From contig OY970303.1 in assembly GCA_963716255.1 (NCBI GenBank), forward strand, positions 4,608,001 through 4,672,000: a stretch of DNA of 64,000 nt, given 5' to 3'. How positions within the stretch are numbered: position 1 is the stretch's first letter; every line of letters begins with the position of its first letter. Below are positions 33,544 through 43,600 of this stretch, piece by piece. Both the position numbers and the translations under genes were made by a program. Source of the stretch: an uncultured Gemmatimonadales bacterium (GTDB lineage: Bacteria > Gemmatimonadota > Gemmatimonadetes > Longimicrobiales > Longimicrobiaceae). The notes beneath the pieces were generated by a model. That model was not told the DNA's origin. It did not search any database and worked only from the letters and a program-made list of their open reading frames with translations.

Positions 33544-34083
33544 TCAATGCCTGGTGCCGGTGCTCGCGTGGAAGCGGTCGTGCTGCACCTTGCACTCGTT
33601 GCGAACCTGGAGCTGCCAGCGCGGGTCGAAGGCACGCTGCGAGGCGCGCTCCCGGCAGACGCGGTCGTGGTCGCGGTGGAAGGCCTGGTGCGCCTGCTGG
33701 TACGAGCCGCTGCGGGTGTCGTAGCGGACGCCGCTCCGGCTGTCGTAGCGCCGGTCCTCGTAGCGTCGGTCGTCATACCGGCGATCGTCGCGGCGGCGGT
33801 CGTCGCGCCGGCGGTCGTAGCCGCAGTTCTCGCGCGTGTTGTGGGGGTTGCCCTTGCCGCGGCACCACCCGGGAGGGACCTGCCGGCGGCGCTCCAGGCG
33901 GACGTCGTCGTCGTCCCAGCGGCGGTCGTCGCCGCGGCGGTCGTCGTCGCGGAAGCGGGCCTGCTCGGTCCGCCCGCGGTTCTCGTTCTTGTTCTTTCCC
34001 CTGCCCTGGGCGTCCGCCGGGCTCACGGCCAGGGCGGCGGCGAGCGCCACCATGAAGGAAAGCTGCAGGCTTCGGATGCGCAT
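33544..34083 (-). CDS. Secreted low-complexity Arg/Asp-repeat protein
   Basis: Signal peptide ..ADA-Q; RR(D/Y)DD-type pentapeptide repeats; VPPGWCRGKGNPH; AGGAG RBS. Confidence 0.7.
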   Translation of the reverse strand: MRIRSLQLSFMVALAAALAVSPADAQGRGKNKNENRGRTEQARFRDDDRRGDDRRWDDDDVRLERRRQVPPGWCRGKGNPHNTRENCGYDRRRDDRRRDDRRYDDRRYEDRRYDSRSGVRYDTRSGSYQQAHQAFHRDHDRVCRERASQRAFDPRWQLQVRNECKVQHDRFHASTGTRH

Positions 34084-34282
34084 CGTGGGAGTCCTCCTGT
34101 GGGGTACGGCCTTGCGGGTGTGGCGGCACACAGGGGCAACTCCGGTGCCAAGTGACGGAATCGCAGGCAGATCGCGCAGAATCACGTGTTTATGCGTCCG
34201 CGCCCGCCCCGCACCGTCCCCTCCCGTGGACGCGGGGCGCGCGGCGCGGGGACACCCCCGGCCGCCGGACGGACGTTCGCAC

Positions 34283-34312
34283 TTGACCCGCGCCGCGGCG
34301 GCGCCGTACAAT
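34283..34312 (+). promoter_or_regulatory. Putative sigma70 promoter
   Basis: TTGACC-18nt-TACAAT. Confidence 0.55.
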
Positions 34313-34401
34313 CCCTCGCCCCTCAGCAGACAGGAAAGGCCGGCGGCCCCCCGCGGGCGGTCCGGCCGCACCGTGCGTCTCCCTCGCCACAGGAGTCATC
34401 C

Positions 34402-35802
34402 ATGAAGCGTGCGCTGTCCGCGCTCGTGCTCGTGGCCGCCGGGTGCGCGCAGGGCGGGAGGCCGGCGTCGTCGCCGGCGCCCGCCTCCGCGTCGCAGGTC
34501 CCGGCCGTCCCGACCCCGTTCCCCTCCACCTACGTCCCCTTCCCGTCGCGCCCCACGCTCATCCGCGGGGCCACCGTGATGACCGCCGCCGGGCAGGTGA
34601 TCCCCAACGGGCAGCTCCTCATGGCCGACGGGAAGATCGTCGCCGTGGGCGCCACCGTGGACGCGCCCGCCGGAGTGGCGGTGATCGACGCCGCGGGCAA
34701 GTACGTCACTCCCGGGATCATCGACACCCACTCGCACCTGGGCGCGTACGCCAGCCCCGGCGTGGACGCGAACTCCGACGGAAACGAGATCACCGACCCG
34801 GTGACCGCCGACGTGTGGGTGGAGCACTCGGTGTGGCCGCAGGACCCCGGCTTCACGCGGGCGCTGGCCGGCGGCATCACCTCGCTGCAGATCCTCCCCG
34901 GCTCCACGAACCTCATCGGCGGCCGCAGCGTGGTGCTCAAGAACGTCCCCGCCCGCACCGTGCAGGCGATGAAGTTCCCCGGCGCCCCCTACGGCCTCAA
35001 GATGGCCTGCGGCGAGAACCCCAAGAGGGTGTACGGAGCGCGCAACCGCGCCCCCTCCACGCGCATGGGGAACGTGGCCGGGTACCGCGCCCAGTGGATC
35101 CTCGCCCAGGCCTACCGGAAGAAGTGGGACGACTGGGAGCGGCAGGGGCGACCCGCGGCCAGCCAGCCCACCCGCGACCTGGAGATGGAAACGCTGGCCG
35201 AGGTGCTGCGCGGCAACATCCTGGTGCAGAACCACTGCTACCGCGCCGACGAGATGGCGCAGATGATCGACGTGGCCCGCGAGTTCGGCTACCGGATCCG
35301 CTCCTTCCACCACGGCGTGGAGGCGTACAAGGTGCGCGACCTCATGGCGCGCGACTCCATCTCCGGCTCGCTCTGGGCCGACTGGTGGGGCTTCAAGATG
35401 GAGGCGCTGGACGGCATCGAGGCCAACCTGGCGCTGGTGCACGAGGCCGGCGCGCGCGCCGTGGTCCACTCCGACGACGAGCGCGGCATCCAGCGCCTGA
35501 ACCAGGAAGCCGCCAAGGCCGTCGCCGCCGGGCGCCGCATCGGCATCCAGGTCTCCGAGAACGACGCCCTCCGCTGGCTCACCGCGAACGCCGCCTGGAC
35601 GCTGGGGATCGACGACCGCGTGGGCACCCTGGAGCCCGGCAAGCAGGCCGACGTGGTGATCTGGTCCGGCAACCCGTTCAGCGTCTACAGCCGCGCCGAG
35701 AAGGTGTTCATCGACGGCGCGCTGATGTACGACCGCAACGACCCCTCGCGCCAGCCGGTGACGGACTTCGAGGCGGGCATCCTCCCCCGGAGCAACCCAT
35801 GA
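34402..35802 (+). CDS. Amidohydrolase family lipoprotein
   Basis: AAGC lipobox; TPGIIDTHSHLG; KMACGENPKRVY; HCYRADE; HSDD; GTLEPGKQADVV. Confidence 0.9.
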   Translation: MKRALSALVLVAAGCAQGGRPASSPAPASASQVPAVPTPFPSTYVPFPSRPTLIRGATVMTAAGQVIPNGQLLMADGKIVAVGATVDAPAGVAVIDAAGKYVTPGIIDTHSHLGAYASPGVDANSDGNEITDPVTADVWVEHSVWPQDPGFTRALAGGITSLQILPGSTNLIGGRSVVLKNVPARTVQAMKFPGAPYGLKMACGENPKRVYGARNRAPSTRMGNVAGYRAQWILAQAYRKKWDDWERQGRPAASQPTRDLEMETLAEVLRGNILVQNHCYRADEMAQMIDVAREFGYRIRSFHHGVEAYKVRDLMARDSISGSLWADWWGFKMEALDGIEANLALVHEAGARAVVHSDDERGIQRLNQEAAKAVAAGRRIGIQVSENDALRWLTANAAWTLGIDDRVGTLEPGKQADVVIWSGNPFSVYSRAEKVFIDGALMYDRNDPSRQPVTDFEAGILPRSNP

Positions 35803-37097
35803 GCCCGATGAAGACACACGCCATCCTGGCCGCCTCCCTGGCGCTCTCCGCCGCGCCGCTCGCCGCGCAGGGCGTGGTCGCCATCGAGGGCGGCACGGTC
35901 TACACCATGACCGGCGCCCCCATCGAGGGCGGCACGGTGCTGATCCGCGACGGGCGCATCGCCGCCGTGGGGCGCGACGTCGCCGTCCCCGCCGGGGCGC
36001 GCCGCGTGGACGCCCGCGGCAAGCGCGTCACCCCCGGGCTCTTCGAGTCGCACACCCGCACCGGCCTGACCGAGGTGGGCGCCGTCCCCGGGACCAACGA
36101 CTACACCCTCGCCGACCAGGACGAGGACCGCATCATGGCGGCGTTCGACGTCGCCGACGGCCTCAATCCCGCTTCCATCGTGATCCCGGTGACCCGCATC
36201 GCCGGGGTGACCACGGCGGTCGCGGCGCCCGGCGGCGGCGGGCTCGTGAACGGCATGGGGGTGGTCATCGACCTGGCGGGCGACGACGCGCGCGACATGC
36301 TGGTCAAGGATCCGGTCGCCATGTACGCCACCCTGGGCGAGGGCGTGGAAACGTCCGGCGGCGGCGCGCGGGGCGGCACCACCCTGCGTCTCCGCGAGCT
36401 GCTGGAGGACACCCGCGCCTACGCCCGGCAGCGCAGCGACTTCGAGCGCGGCGATACCCGCGAGTTCGCGGCCAGCCGGTTGGACCTCCAGGCTATGATC
36501 CCCGTGATCCAGGGACGGCTCCCGCTGGTGGTGGAGGCGCACCGTGCGAGCGACCTCCGTACCGCGCTCCGACTGGCCGACGAGTACGGGCTCAAGCTGA
36601 TCCTGCTGGGCGCCAGCGAGGGGTGGATGGTGGCCGACGAGATCGCCCGCGCGCGCGTGCCCGTGATCGTCAAGGTGCTCCAGAACCTCCCTTCCAGCTT
36701 CGAGCGGCTGGGCTCCCGCTACGACAACGCGGCGCTCCTCCGCAGGGCGGGGGTGCAGGTGGCCATCACCACCGGCGAAACGCACAACGCCCGCAACGTC
36801 CGCCAGGAAGCGGGGAACGCCGTCGCCTACGGGCTCCCGTGGGACGAGGCGCTGCGCGCGGTCACGCTCTACCCGGCGCAGATCTGGGGCGTCGCGGACA
36901 CCCACGGCTCCCTCGCGCCCGGCAAGGTGGCCGACGTGGTGGTGTGGGACGGGGACCCGCTGGAGCTGATGACCAGCGTGGAGCACGTGTTCATCGGCGG
37001 GCGCGAGGTGCCTCTCACGTCGCGCCAGACGGAGCTGCGGGACCGGTACCGGCGCCTGGACGAGAACGTACGGGTGTACGGGCGCGGGACTCCGTGA
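35799..37097 (+). CDS. Amidohydrolase family protein (second subunit)
   Basis: Signal peptide; TPGLFESHT; GSLAPGKVADVVVWDGDPL; ATGA overlap. Confidence 0.88.
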   Translation: MSPMKTHAILAASLALSAAPLAAQGVVAIEGGTVYTMTGAPIEGGTVLIRDGRIAAVGRDVAVPAGARRVDARGKRVTPGLFESHTRTGLTEVGAVPGTNDYTLADQDEDRIMAAFDVADGLNPASIVIPVTRIAGVTTAVAAPGGGGLVNGMGVVIDLAGDDARDMLVKDPVAMYATLGEGVETSGGGARGGTTLRLRELLEDTRAYARQRSDFERGDTREFAASRLDLQAMIPVIQGRLPLVVEAHRASDLRTALRLADEYGLKLILLGASEGWMVADEIARARVPVIVKVLQNLPSSFERLGSRYDNAALLRRAGVQVAITTGETHNARNVRQEAGNAVAYGLPWDEALRAVTLYPAQIWGVADTHGSLAPGKVADVVVWDGDPLELMTSVEHVFIGGREVPLTSRQTELRDRYRRLDENVRVYGRGTP

Positions 37098-37124
37098 GGG
37101 TCTGAGCTTTTTTCGGTCCGGACG

Positions 37125-37152
37125 GGGCCGGCCTTCGGGTCGGCCCTTTTTT
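37125..37152 (+). terminator. Intrinsic terminator
   Basis: GGGCCGGCC-ttcg-GGTCGGCCC followed by T6. Confidence 0.8.
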
Positions 37153-37183
37153 CGTGGGGGGTGCTTCGAGTGGATCTGGGTGT

Positions 37184-37340
37184 GGGGCCGCTCCGGAACC
37201 AGGCCAAACAGCCGGCCTGTTTCCTACGCGGGTCGCGGAGCCCCGCCAAACTGCCGGCGGGTCTCCGCTCCGGCTGCGGGAGTCAGCCGAAACTGCCCGG
37301 CTGTCTCCCTCCGCAAAAGATCTGGGGGGGTACAGCGGAA
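37184..37340 (+). repeat. Family A repeat copy 5
   Basis: GGGGCCGCTCCGGAACC...GGGTACAGCGGAA. Confidence 0.85.
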
Positions 37341-37549
37341 CTGCGGACGGCAACGACGAAGGCCTCTCCTCGCTCGCGGGGAGGGGCCTTCGTGTGAGCA
37401 GAGATCAGCGCTACAAAGCGGCCGCAACGTCGAGTGGACGCCTGTGCACTAATCCGCGGATCGCCCGCATCTCCCTGTGCGGGAGTGTCCACTCTACCAT
37501 CGGCCGAACCATGAAAAGTTGGCGCCGCTGCTGGGAAAATGGACGAAGA

Positions 37550-37588
37550 GTCGGTTGGATTTCGGTTTTTGTTCGGTTATTCTTCGGT
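37550..37588 (+). promoter_or_regulatory. imuA promoter overlapped by four 11-bp-phased TCGGT repeats (candidate SOS operator)
   Basis: TCGGT at 37551, 37562, 37573, 37584; TTGGAT(37555)-17nt-TATTCT(37578). Confidence 0.6.
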
Positions 37589-37645
37589 GGGCCGGCGAGG
37601 GTCGCCGGCGGGCAGGACCGTTCACCCGGGGTCAGGGAATGTAAC

Positions 37646-38338
37646 ATGGCCTCCAGCGTTTCCGCACTCCGCCAGCTGCTGGAGCAGCGCTTCCCGGACG
37701 CGCTCCCGGTCACGCAGCGTACCGCGGGCGGCGTCACCACGGGGATCGCGGCGCTGGACCGGGCGCTTCCCGGGGGCGGGCTCCCGCGGGGGAAGCTGGC
37801 GGCGTGGACGCCGGGGGGCGGGGCCACGGCGGCGCTGCGCTCCGCGTGCCGGGCCGCGCTGGAGCGGGGGGAGCGGGCGGCGTGGGTGGACGGGGCGGGG
37901 GTGGCGTGCGGGGACGGGTGGCGCGGCGAGGCCGCGCTCTTCCGTCCCGCGGGGGCGCGGGAGGCGCTCGCGTGCGCCGAGGAGCTGGTGCGCTCCGGGG
38001 GGTTCGCGCTGGTGGTGCTCGCGGGCGCGCGCGCCGCGGACACCGAGCGCGTCCGCCTGTCCCGCGCGGCCAAGGAAGGAGGCGCGACGCTGGTGCTGCT
38101 GGACCCGGGCGGGTTCATGGCGGGCGTCCGCCTGGTCTCGCGCATCCGTCCGGACGGCTACCGCTGGCGGCTGGACCCCTTCGGGGAGCCGGCGCAGGTG
38201 GACTCGGTGACGGTGCGCGCACACGTGGAGGCGCTGGGATGGAGCAAGGAAGCGGAGTTCACCCTGCCGGTGGCGGCGCATGACCTACGTCTGTCTCTGG
38301 AGCCCGCGCTGGGCGACCGCCGGGGCGCCGCTCGCTGA
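37646..38338 (+). CDS. imuA: ImuA-like RecA-fold protein
   Basis: TGIAALDRALPGGGLPRG, AAWVD, AEELVRSGGFALVVL; first gene of the imuA-imuB-dnaE2 cassette. Confidence 0.8.
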   Translation: MASSVSALRQLLEQRFPDALPVTQRTAGGVTTGIAALDRALPGGGLPRGKLAAWTPGGGATAALRSACRAALERGERAAWVDGAGVACGDGWRGEAALFRPAGAREALACAEELVRSGGFALVVLAGARAADTERVRLSRAAKEGGATLVLLDPGGFMAGVRLVSRIRPDGYRWRLDPFGEPAQVDSVTVRAHVEALGWSKEAEFTLPVAAHDLRLSLEPALGDRRGAAR

Positions 38339-39575
38339 CGTGGCGGCCGCGCTGCTGGCGGACGTGCCCCGGGTGGCGGTGGAGGCGCGCGGGGTGATCT
38401 GGGCGGACGCGCGCGGCCTCCCGGCCCCCCGCCTCGCCTGGGCGCTGCTGGAGCGGGCGGAGTGGCGCACGCGCGAGGTGCGCGCCGGGGTGGCGGCCGT
38501 TCCCGTGGCGGCGGAGGCGGCGGCGCGCTCGGGCAGCGCCCCGGCCACCTTCGTGGAGCCCGGGCGGGAGCGCGCCTCGCTGGCGCCGCTCCCGCTGGAG
38601 CTGCTTTCCCCCGAGCCGCGGCTGCGCACGCTGCTGGACGGCGTGGGCGTGCGCACCTGCGGCGAGCTGGCGTCGCTGGCGCGGGAGGCGGTGGAGGTGC
38701 GCTTCGGCGCGGCGGGGGCGGCGCTCTGGCGCCTGGCGCGCGCGGACGATCCGCGCCGCCTCTTCCGCCCCATCCCCCCGGAGCGCCCGTACGCCTCCAT
38801 GGACTTCGTGGAGTACGAGGTGCGCGACGCGGGGCGGCTGGCCTTCACCGTCAACGCCCTGCTGGGCCCCCTCTGCGCCGCGCTGGCCGAGCGGGGGGAG
38901 CGCGCCCGCGAGGTGACGCTGGTCCTGTCCCTTTCCGGCGGGGGAATGCTGCGGGAGCGGGTGCGCGCCGCGCGCCCCACCGCCGAGCGCGACCTGTGGC
39001 TGCGCCGCGTCCGCGGCGTCCTGGACCGCCTGGTCCTCCCCGACGGCGTCGTCGGCGTCGCGCTGGAGGTGGAGGGAACCGAGCCCGCCTCCGCCACCCA
39101 GGGCGACCTCTTCGACCGCGGCTTCGCCACGGCGGCCCCGGTGGAGGAAGCCGTCTCCCGGCTGGTGGACGAGCACGGCCCGCTCTTCGTGGAGCCGGCG
39201 GCGAGCGGCCACCCCCTCCCCGAGCGCCGCACCGCCTGGCGCGCGCGCGAGCCGGAGGAGGCCGCCGAGGGCGGCGCGGACCCCTTCGCCGCCGCGCCCT
39301 CGCTCACCCTCCAGCTCCTCCCGGAGCCGCGGCGGGTGGCGGTGCGCGTCCGCCCGCGCCGCGACCACGCGGTGCCGGTGCAGTACTGCGACCTGGCGCG
39401 CGGGCGCGAATGGCGGGAGCTGCTCGCGGCGGCGGGGCCGGAGCGGATCGCGGGCGGGGCGTGGGAGGAGGGGTGGGCGCGGGAGTACTTCCGCTGCGTC
39501 ACCGAAGCCGGTGCGCTGGTGTGGCTCTTCCGCGACGCGGAAGACGCCTGGTACATCCATGGTTGGTGGGACTGA
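38280..39575 (+). CDS. imuB: ImuB-like inactive Y-family polymerase
   Basis: LAPLPL, GVRTCGEL, RFG, QGDLF clamp motif, GPERI.G.WE..REYF, WLFR..W..HGWWD. Confidence 0.85.
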   Translation: MTYVCLWSPRWATAGAPLADVAAALLADVPRVAVEARGVIWADARGLPAPRLAWALLERAEWRTREVRAGVAAVPVAAEAAARSGSAPATFVEPGRERASLAPLPLELLSPEPRLRTLLDGVGVRTCGELASLAREAVEVRFGAAGAALWRLARADDPRRLFRPIPPERPYASMDFVEYEVRDAGRLAFTVNALLGPLCAALAERGERAREVTLVLSLSGGGMLRERVRAARPTAERDLWLRRVRGVLDRLVLPDGVVGVALEVEGTEPASATQGDLFDRGFATAAPVEEAVSRLVDEHGPLFVEPAASGHPLPERRTAWRAREPEEAAEGGADPFAAAPSLTLQLLPEPRRVAVRVRPRRDHAVPVQYCDLARGREWRELLAAAGPERIAGGAWEEGWAREYFRCVTEAGALVWLFRDAEDAWYIHGWWD

Positions 39576-39915
39576 GGACTGCTTTCTCGACCACGCGGGC
39601 GGGAGCGCATTGCGCCCGCCGGACCGAATCATCGAGGCTGGCCGCGGGCTCGGCTCGGACTTCTGGAGGATCTACCGATGGTGCGTGCGGCTTCGAGCGG
39701 GTTCGTGGCTTTTCTGGAGATCGGTCTCGAAAAGACCCGGCGGGAGCAGGAGACGGAAAGGCTCGACGGCATCCCGGACGGCGCGGTGGCGGAGCGGGCG
39801 GCGGGCGCGGCCGGCTCACGGCCCGTCCGGCGCTCCCCCCCGCGGCTGACCGGCCTCTTCGGCAGCGGGATGTGACCCGGCATGGCCGCCAGGCCAGGGA
39901 GCCGAAGCGCAGGAA

Positions 39916-40098
39916 TCAGCTGCCGGTCGGCTCGTCCGGTCCGGATGACTCCTGCGCTTCGGGACCGTACGGCACCCTCACCCGCTCTCGGATGTACCGC
40001 TTCTGCTGCTCGAAGGTCTTGCCGTCCAGCTCGCGGCTCAGCTCCTCCCGGATCTGCCGCATGGTCCGCACGGCGTCGAACGGCTTCTCATTCTCCAT
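39916..40098 (-). CDS. Small protein downstream of PIN gene (putative antitoxin)
   Basis: KPFDAVRTMRQIREELSRE; overlaps end of PIN gene; GAGGT RBS. Confidence 0.65.
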   Translation of the reverse strand: MENEKPFDAVRTMRQIREELSRELDGKTFEQQKRYIRERVRVPYGPEAQESSGPDEPTGS

Positions 40099-40552
40099 AC
40101 AGAATCACCTCGCGAGGGGATCTGATCTCCAGCATCGGATAGCCGAGCCGCAGGTTGACGGAGTTGTACCCGTGAATGCGCGGCAGGGTGACGATATGCT
40201 TGAAGTTCCAGCTCCCCAGCACGTCCACGCGGTGGATCGTCGCCGTCGCGATGTGCTGGGCATCCAGGCGCATGGAGGCGCCGCTCACACCTCCCGCGAT
40301 GTACTGCTCGGCCAGCTCCTCGGCCTCGCTGGTGAACTCTACGTCCTCCAGGAACCCGGGGGGAACCCGGTCCAGCACGGCTCGCACGGCCGCGGGGGCA
40401 CGCACCAGCTCGAGACGGGTGAGGTCCGAGACCACGATCGTCGCCTCGCCTTTCTCGAAAGTCTCGAACAGGCGCAGCGAGGCGTCCCGGAATGCCTCGT
40501 CCAGGCACCCGCCGATCTCGGACGTGTCGGTGTAGATCCGCTGTGGCTTCAT
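40088..40552 (-). CDS. PIN-domain (VapC-like) ribonuclease
   Basis: RIYTDTS.IGG, VSDLTRLEL, DAQHIATA..VDVL.SWNFKHIV, IRSPREV. Confidence 0.85.
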   Translation of the reverse strand: MKPQRIYTDTSEIGGCLDEAFRDASLRLFETFEKGEATIVVSDLTRLELVRAPAAVRAVLDRVPPGFLEDVEFTSEAEELAEQYIAGGVSGASMRLDAQHIATATIHRVDVLGSWNFKHIVTLPRIHGYNSVNLRLGYPMLEIRSPREVILYGE

Positions 40553-40617
40553 CCCGGCAAGAGACACGACGGCGCCTGCGGGATGCCAGCGTTCCACGCC
40601 CCGGCGGCGCACGCCTG

Positions 40618-43600
40618 ATGGAGCGCTACGTCGAGCTGCGGGGCCGCAGCGCGTTCTCCTTCGGGGACGGGGTGCTCACCCCGGAGGCGCTGGTGCAGCG
40701 GGCGGCCGAGCTGGGCTACGGCACGCTGGCGCTCACCGACGCGGCCGACCTGGGCGGCATCGTCCGCTTCGCGCAGGAGGCGAAGGAGCAGGGCGTCCGC
40801 CCCGTGGTGGGCGCCGAGCTGCGCGTGGCCGGCCACCCGCTCGCGCTGCTGGCGCGCGACGAGGCGGGGTACCGCGGCCTGGCCGCGCTGGTCACCCGGT
40901 CGCGGCGGGGGAGCGCGCGCGGCAAGCCCGGCCTCCGCTGGGCCGAGGTGGAGGAGCGCGCCGCAGGCCTCCACCTGCTCACCGGCCCCCCCACGGGCGA
41001 GCTGGCGGCGATGCTGCGTGCCGGAAAGCGCCTGGAGGCGGCGCGGCTCCTGGCCCGCTGGCGCGACGTGTTCGGGGGCAACGTGGCGGTGGAGGCGCAG
41101 CTGCACCACGTCTCCGGGGCGGAGGCCGCGCTCGCCGAGGCGCTCGTGGAGCTGGCCGGGCGCTGCGACGTGCCCTGGGTGGCGACCGGCGAGCCGCGCT
41201 ACCTGGACGCGCCGGGGCGGCTGGTGCACGACCTGCAGACCGCGCTGCGGGCCGGCGTGACGGTGGACGAAGCGTCCCGGAGCGGGCTCCTCCTTCCCAA
41301 CGGCGAGTGGCGCCTCAGGGCGCCGGAGGAGATGGCCGCGCTCTGGAAGGGGAGGGAGGCGGGCGTGGAGGAGAGCGCCCGCATCGCCGCGGAGTGCGCC
41401 TTCGAGCTGCGCTGGCTGCGTCCACCGCTCCCCGAGTTCCCCATCCCCCCGGGCCACGACGCCGACTCGTACCTGCGCGAGCTGGTGTACGAGGGCGCCG
41501 CCGAGCGCTGGGACGGCGTCGTGGGCGACCGCGAGCGCGCGCAGATCGAGCACGAGCTGGCCGTCATCCGCAAGCTGGGCTTCGCCGGCTTCTTCCTGGT
41601 GATGTGGCAGGCGGTGCGCTTCGCGCGGGGGCGCGGCATCCTCTGCCAGGGGCGGGGGAGCGCGGCCAACTCCGTGGTCACCTTCTGCCTGCGGATCACC
41701 GCGGTGGACCCGGTGAAGCACAACCTGCTCTTCGAGCGCTTCCTGTCCGAGGCGCGCACCGACGGCCTCACCGAGGCGCCCGACATCGACGTGGACTTCG
41801 AGATGCACCGCCGCGAGGAGGTGCTCAGCTACGTCTACGACCGCTACAGCCGCGACCACGCCGCCATCACCGGCGTCACCCAGGTGTACCACGCCCCCAG
41901 CGCCCTCCAGGACGCCATGCGCGCCCTGGGCTACCCCGCCGAGCTGGCATTCACCATCTCCAAGCGCGTCAAGCACCTGGGCCCCGCCGCAGGCGCCGAT
42001 GCCGTGGAGCAGGAGCTGGGCGGGGCGCACGGGCTGGAGACCGGCGACGCGCGCGGGCGCGCCCTGCTGGCGGCCATGCGCGCGCTGGAGGGCGTCCCCC
42101 GCATGCGCTCCACCCACCCGGGCGGCTTCGTGCTGTCCGCGTCCCCGCTGGGGGAGTACATCCCCACCGAGGAGACCACCATGGGGCGCACCATCCTCCA
42201 GTTCGACAAGGACGACCTGGACGCCGTGGGCGTCCCCAAGTTCGACTTCCTGGGGCTGGGCGGGCTCACCGCCGCCCGCATCGCCTTCGACGCCATCGAG
42301 GCGCGCACCGGCGAGCGGCTGGACCTGTACGCCCTGCCGCAGGACGACCCCCGGACCTTCGAGATGATCTCCCGCGGCGACACCCTGGGCACCTTCCAGA
42401 TCGAGAGCCGCGCGCAGATCCAGTCCATCCTCCAGACCCGGCCCGAGCGATTGTACGACCTGGTGGTGCAGGTGGCGCTCATCCGCCCCGGACCCATCCA
42501 GGGCGACTTCGTGGGCCCGTACACCCGCAGGCGGCGCGGGCTGGAGAAGTGGGAGCACGACCACCCGGCGCTGGCGCCGGTGCTGGAGCGCACCTGCGGC
42601 ATCCCCATCTTCCAGGAGCAGGCCATGTCCATCGCCATGGCGCTGGGGGGCTACACCGCCGCCGAGGCAGACGAGCTGCGCCGCACCATGGGGCACGCCC
42701 GCAAGCAGGCGAAGCTGGAGGCCGCGCTGGAGAAGCTGCGCGTGAGGCTGGGCACCAACGGGCTCCCGCAGGAGCTCGCCGACCGCGTCGTCCGGCAGAT
42801 GAAGGGGTTCGGCAACTACGGCTTCCCCGAGTCGCACGCCTGGAGCTTCGCGCTCATCGCCTACGCCACCGCGTACCTCAAGGCCCACTACCCGGCCGAG
42901 TTCCTCATGGGGCTGCTGAACGCCTGGCCCATGGGCTTCTACGCCCCCGCCACGCTGGTCCACGACGCCCGCCGCGGCGGGGTGGAGGTGCGCGGCCCCT
43001 GCCTGAAGCGCGGCGCGCGCGAGTGCACGATGGAGGACACCGCACACCCGGAAAAGCCCGCCGTCCGCATCGGCTGGAAGCACGTCGGCGGCATCGGCGC
43101 GCGCACGCTGGAGGCGCTGGCGGCGGCGCACGCGGAGCGCCCCTTCGCCTCGGTGGAGGACGTGGTGAAGCGCGCGGGGCTGGGGCGGGCCGAGGCGCTG
43201 CACCTGGCGCGGGCGGGCGCGTTCGAGGGGTTCGAGCCCGGCCGCCGCCGCGCCGCCTGGGAAGCCCTGCGCGCCGCCGGCGACGTGCTCCCGCTGGCCC
43301 CCGCGCACCGGCTCCCCTTCGACCCGCTGGAGCTGGAGGGGCCGGAGCTGATCTTTTTGGACTACCTCGCCACGGGCATCTGCACGCACGGGCACCCCAT
43401 GGAGCACGTGCGTCCCCGGCTGCGCGCCGCGGGCATTCTCGCCAGTACGGACCTGCTGGAGGTGCGCAAAGGCGAGAAGATCATCGTGTCGGGGCTGGTG
43501 GTCGCGCGGCAGCACCCGTCCACCGCGAAGGGCACCGTGTTCGTGCTGCTGGAGGACGAGGGCGGGTTCATCAACGTGATCGTCCCCGCAAAGGTCTACG

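Noticed and set aside
39576..39915. Small ORFs between imuB and the PIN partner (39678-39875 +, 39629-39883 -)
   Set aside because: No recognizable motif and conflicting frames; may be a gene remnant
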